Origin: Planctomycetota bacterium
GTDB lineage: Bacteria > Planctomycetota > UBA1135 > UBA2386
Length of the DNA: 64,000 nucleotides
Assembly (NCBI GenBank): GCA_016794035.1
Contig: JAEUHS010000055.1
Location: 11,351-75,350 of the forward strand
Direction of reading: 5' to 3'
The number at the start of each line of letters is the position of its first letter. The stretch's first letter is position 1. The position numbers were made by a program, and so were the translations under genes. Positions 63,775 through 64,000 of this stretch are shown piece after piece. The notes under the pieces are model-generated. The model saw nothing but the letters and a program-made list of their open reading frames with translations, was not told the origin of the DNA and ran no database searches.

Positions 63775-64000
63775 ATGGAACTGCCCGCACTCGGTCGCCA
63801 GCTCGACGTCACCGCCGAACGGCTCGGCTTCGGCGGCTTCGCGGTCGCGCGCCACGACGGGCTCGCGGTGTTCGTGCCGTTCGCGGCGCCCGGCGACCGC
63901 GTGCGCGTCGAGGTCACCGAACACGGCAAGAACTTCGTGCGCGCGCGCCTGGTCGAGGTGCTGGCCGCCGGCCCGCACCGGGTCGAGCCGCGCTGCCGGC
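63775..64000 (+). CDS. TRAM-domain RNA (uracil-5)-methyltransferase, N-terminal fragment (RlmD/RumA-like)
   Basis: LDVTAERLGFGGFAVARHDGLAVFVPFAAPGDRVRVEVTEHGKNFVRARLVEVL is a TRAM-type beta-barrel. The gene runs off the window. Confidence 0.65.
   Translation, partial: MELPALGRQLDVTAERLGFGGFAVARHDGLAVFVPFAAPGDRVRVEVTEHGKNFVRARLVEVLAAGPHRVEPRCR

Overview
The window is very GC-rich and almost entirely coding, with no tRNA, rRNA, CRISPR array, transposase or integrase recognised. Positions 1-411 hold the 3' end of a dnaE-like gene. Positions 448-14872 (minus strand) hold one long ribosomal-protein supercluster running rpsJ, rplD, rplW, rplB, rpsS, rplV, rpsC, rplP, rpmC, rpsQ, rplN, rplX, rplE, rpsN, rpsH, rplF, rplR, rpsE, rplO, secY, adk, infA, rpmJ, rpsM, rpsK, rpsD, rpoA, rplQ; rplC, rpmD and map are absent from it. 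Still on the minus strand come an EF-G paralogue, pilT, obg-rpmA-rplU, an RNase E/G gene, a type IV pilus assembly block (pilM-pilN-pilO/P fusion-pilQ), and hpf-ptsN-ptsH. These are followed by a dcw cluster: mraZ-rsmH-ftsL-ftsI-murE-murF-mraY-ftsW-LysM-murG-murC-murB, with no murD, ddl or ftsQAZ. Positions 43-50 kb are the only accessory-looking stretch. They hold a lipoprotein, an XPB-like helicase with degenerate ATPase motifs next to a Bax1/DUF790-like nuclease, a Cys-rich protein, a HEAT lipoprotein, a GNAT-like protein and a small membrane protein. Positions 49.5-59.2 kb (minus strand) form a MoxR-DUF58-DUF4381-BatA-BatB-BatC-BatD(E) operon that continues into an outer-membrane barrel gene. 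The last gene of that chain is a lipoprotein gene interrupted by two in-frame TGA codons sitting 2 nt upstream of a 13-bp SECIS-like hairpin. I rate this the most interesting signal: it is either a candidate U-x-U selenoprotein or a very recent pseudogene. The window ends with a 954-aa HEAT-repeat protein, an EamA transporter and the start of a TRAM-domain RNA methyltransferase. The gene content (dcw cluster without ftsQAZ, many HEAT proteins, tailed ribosomal proteins, very high GC) suggests a Planctomycetota/Phycisphaerae-like organism, but that is inference only. The many long Arg/Ala/Pro-rich ORFs in the six-frame track that overlap these genes are treated as high-GC artefacts.
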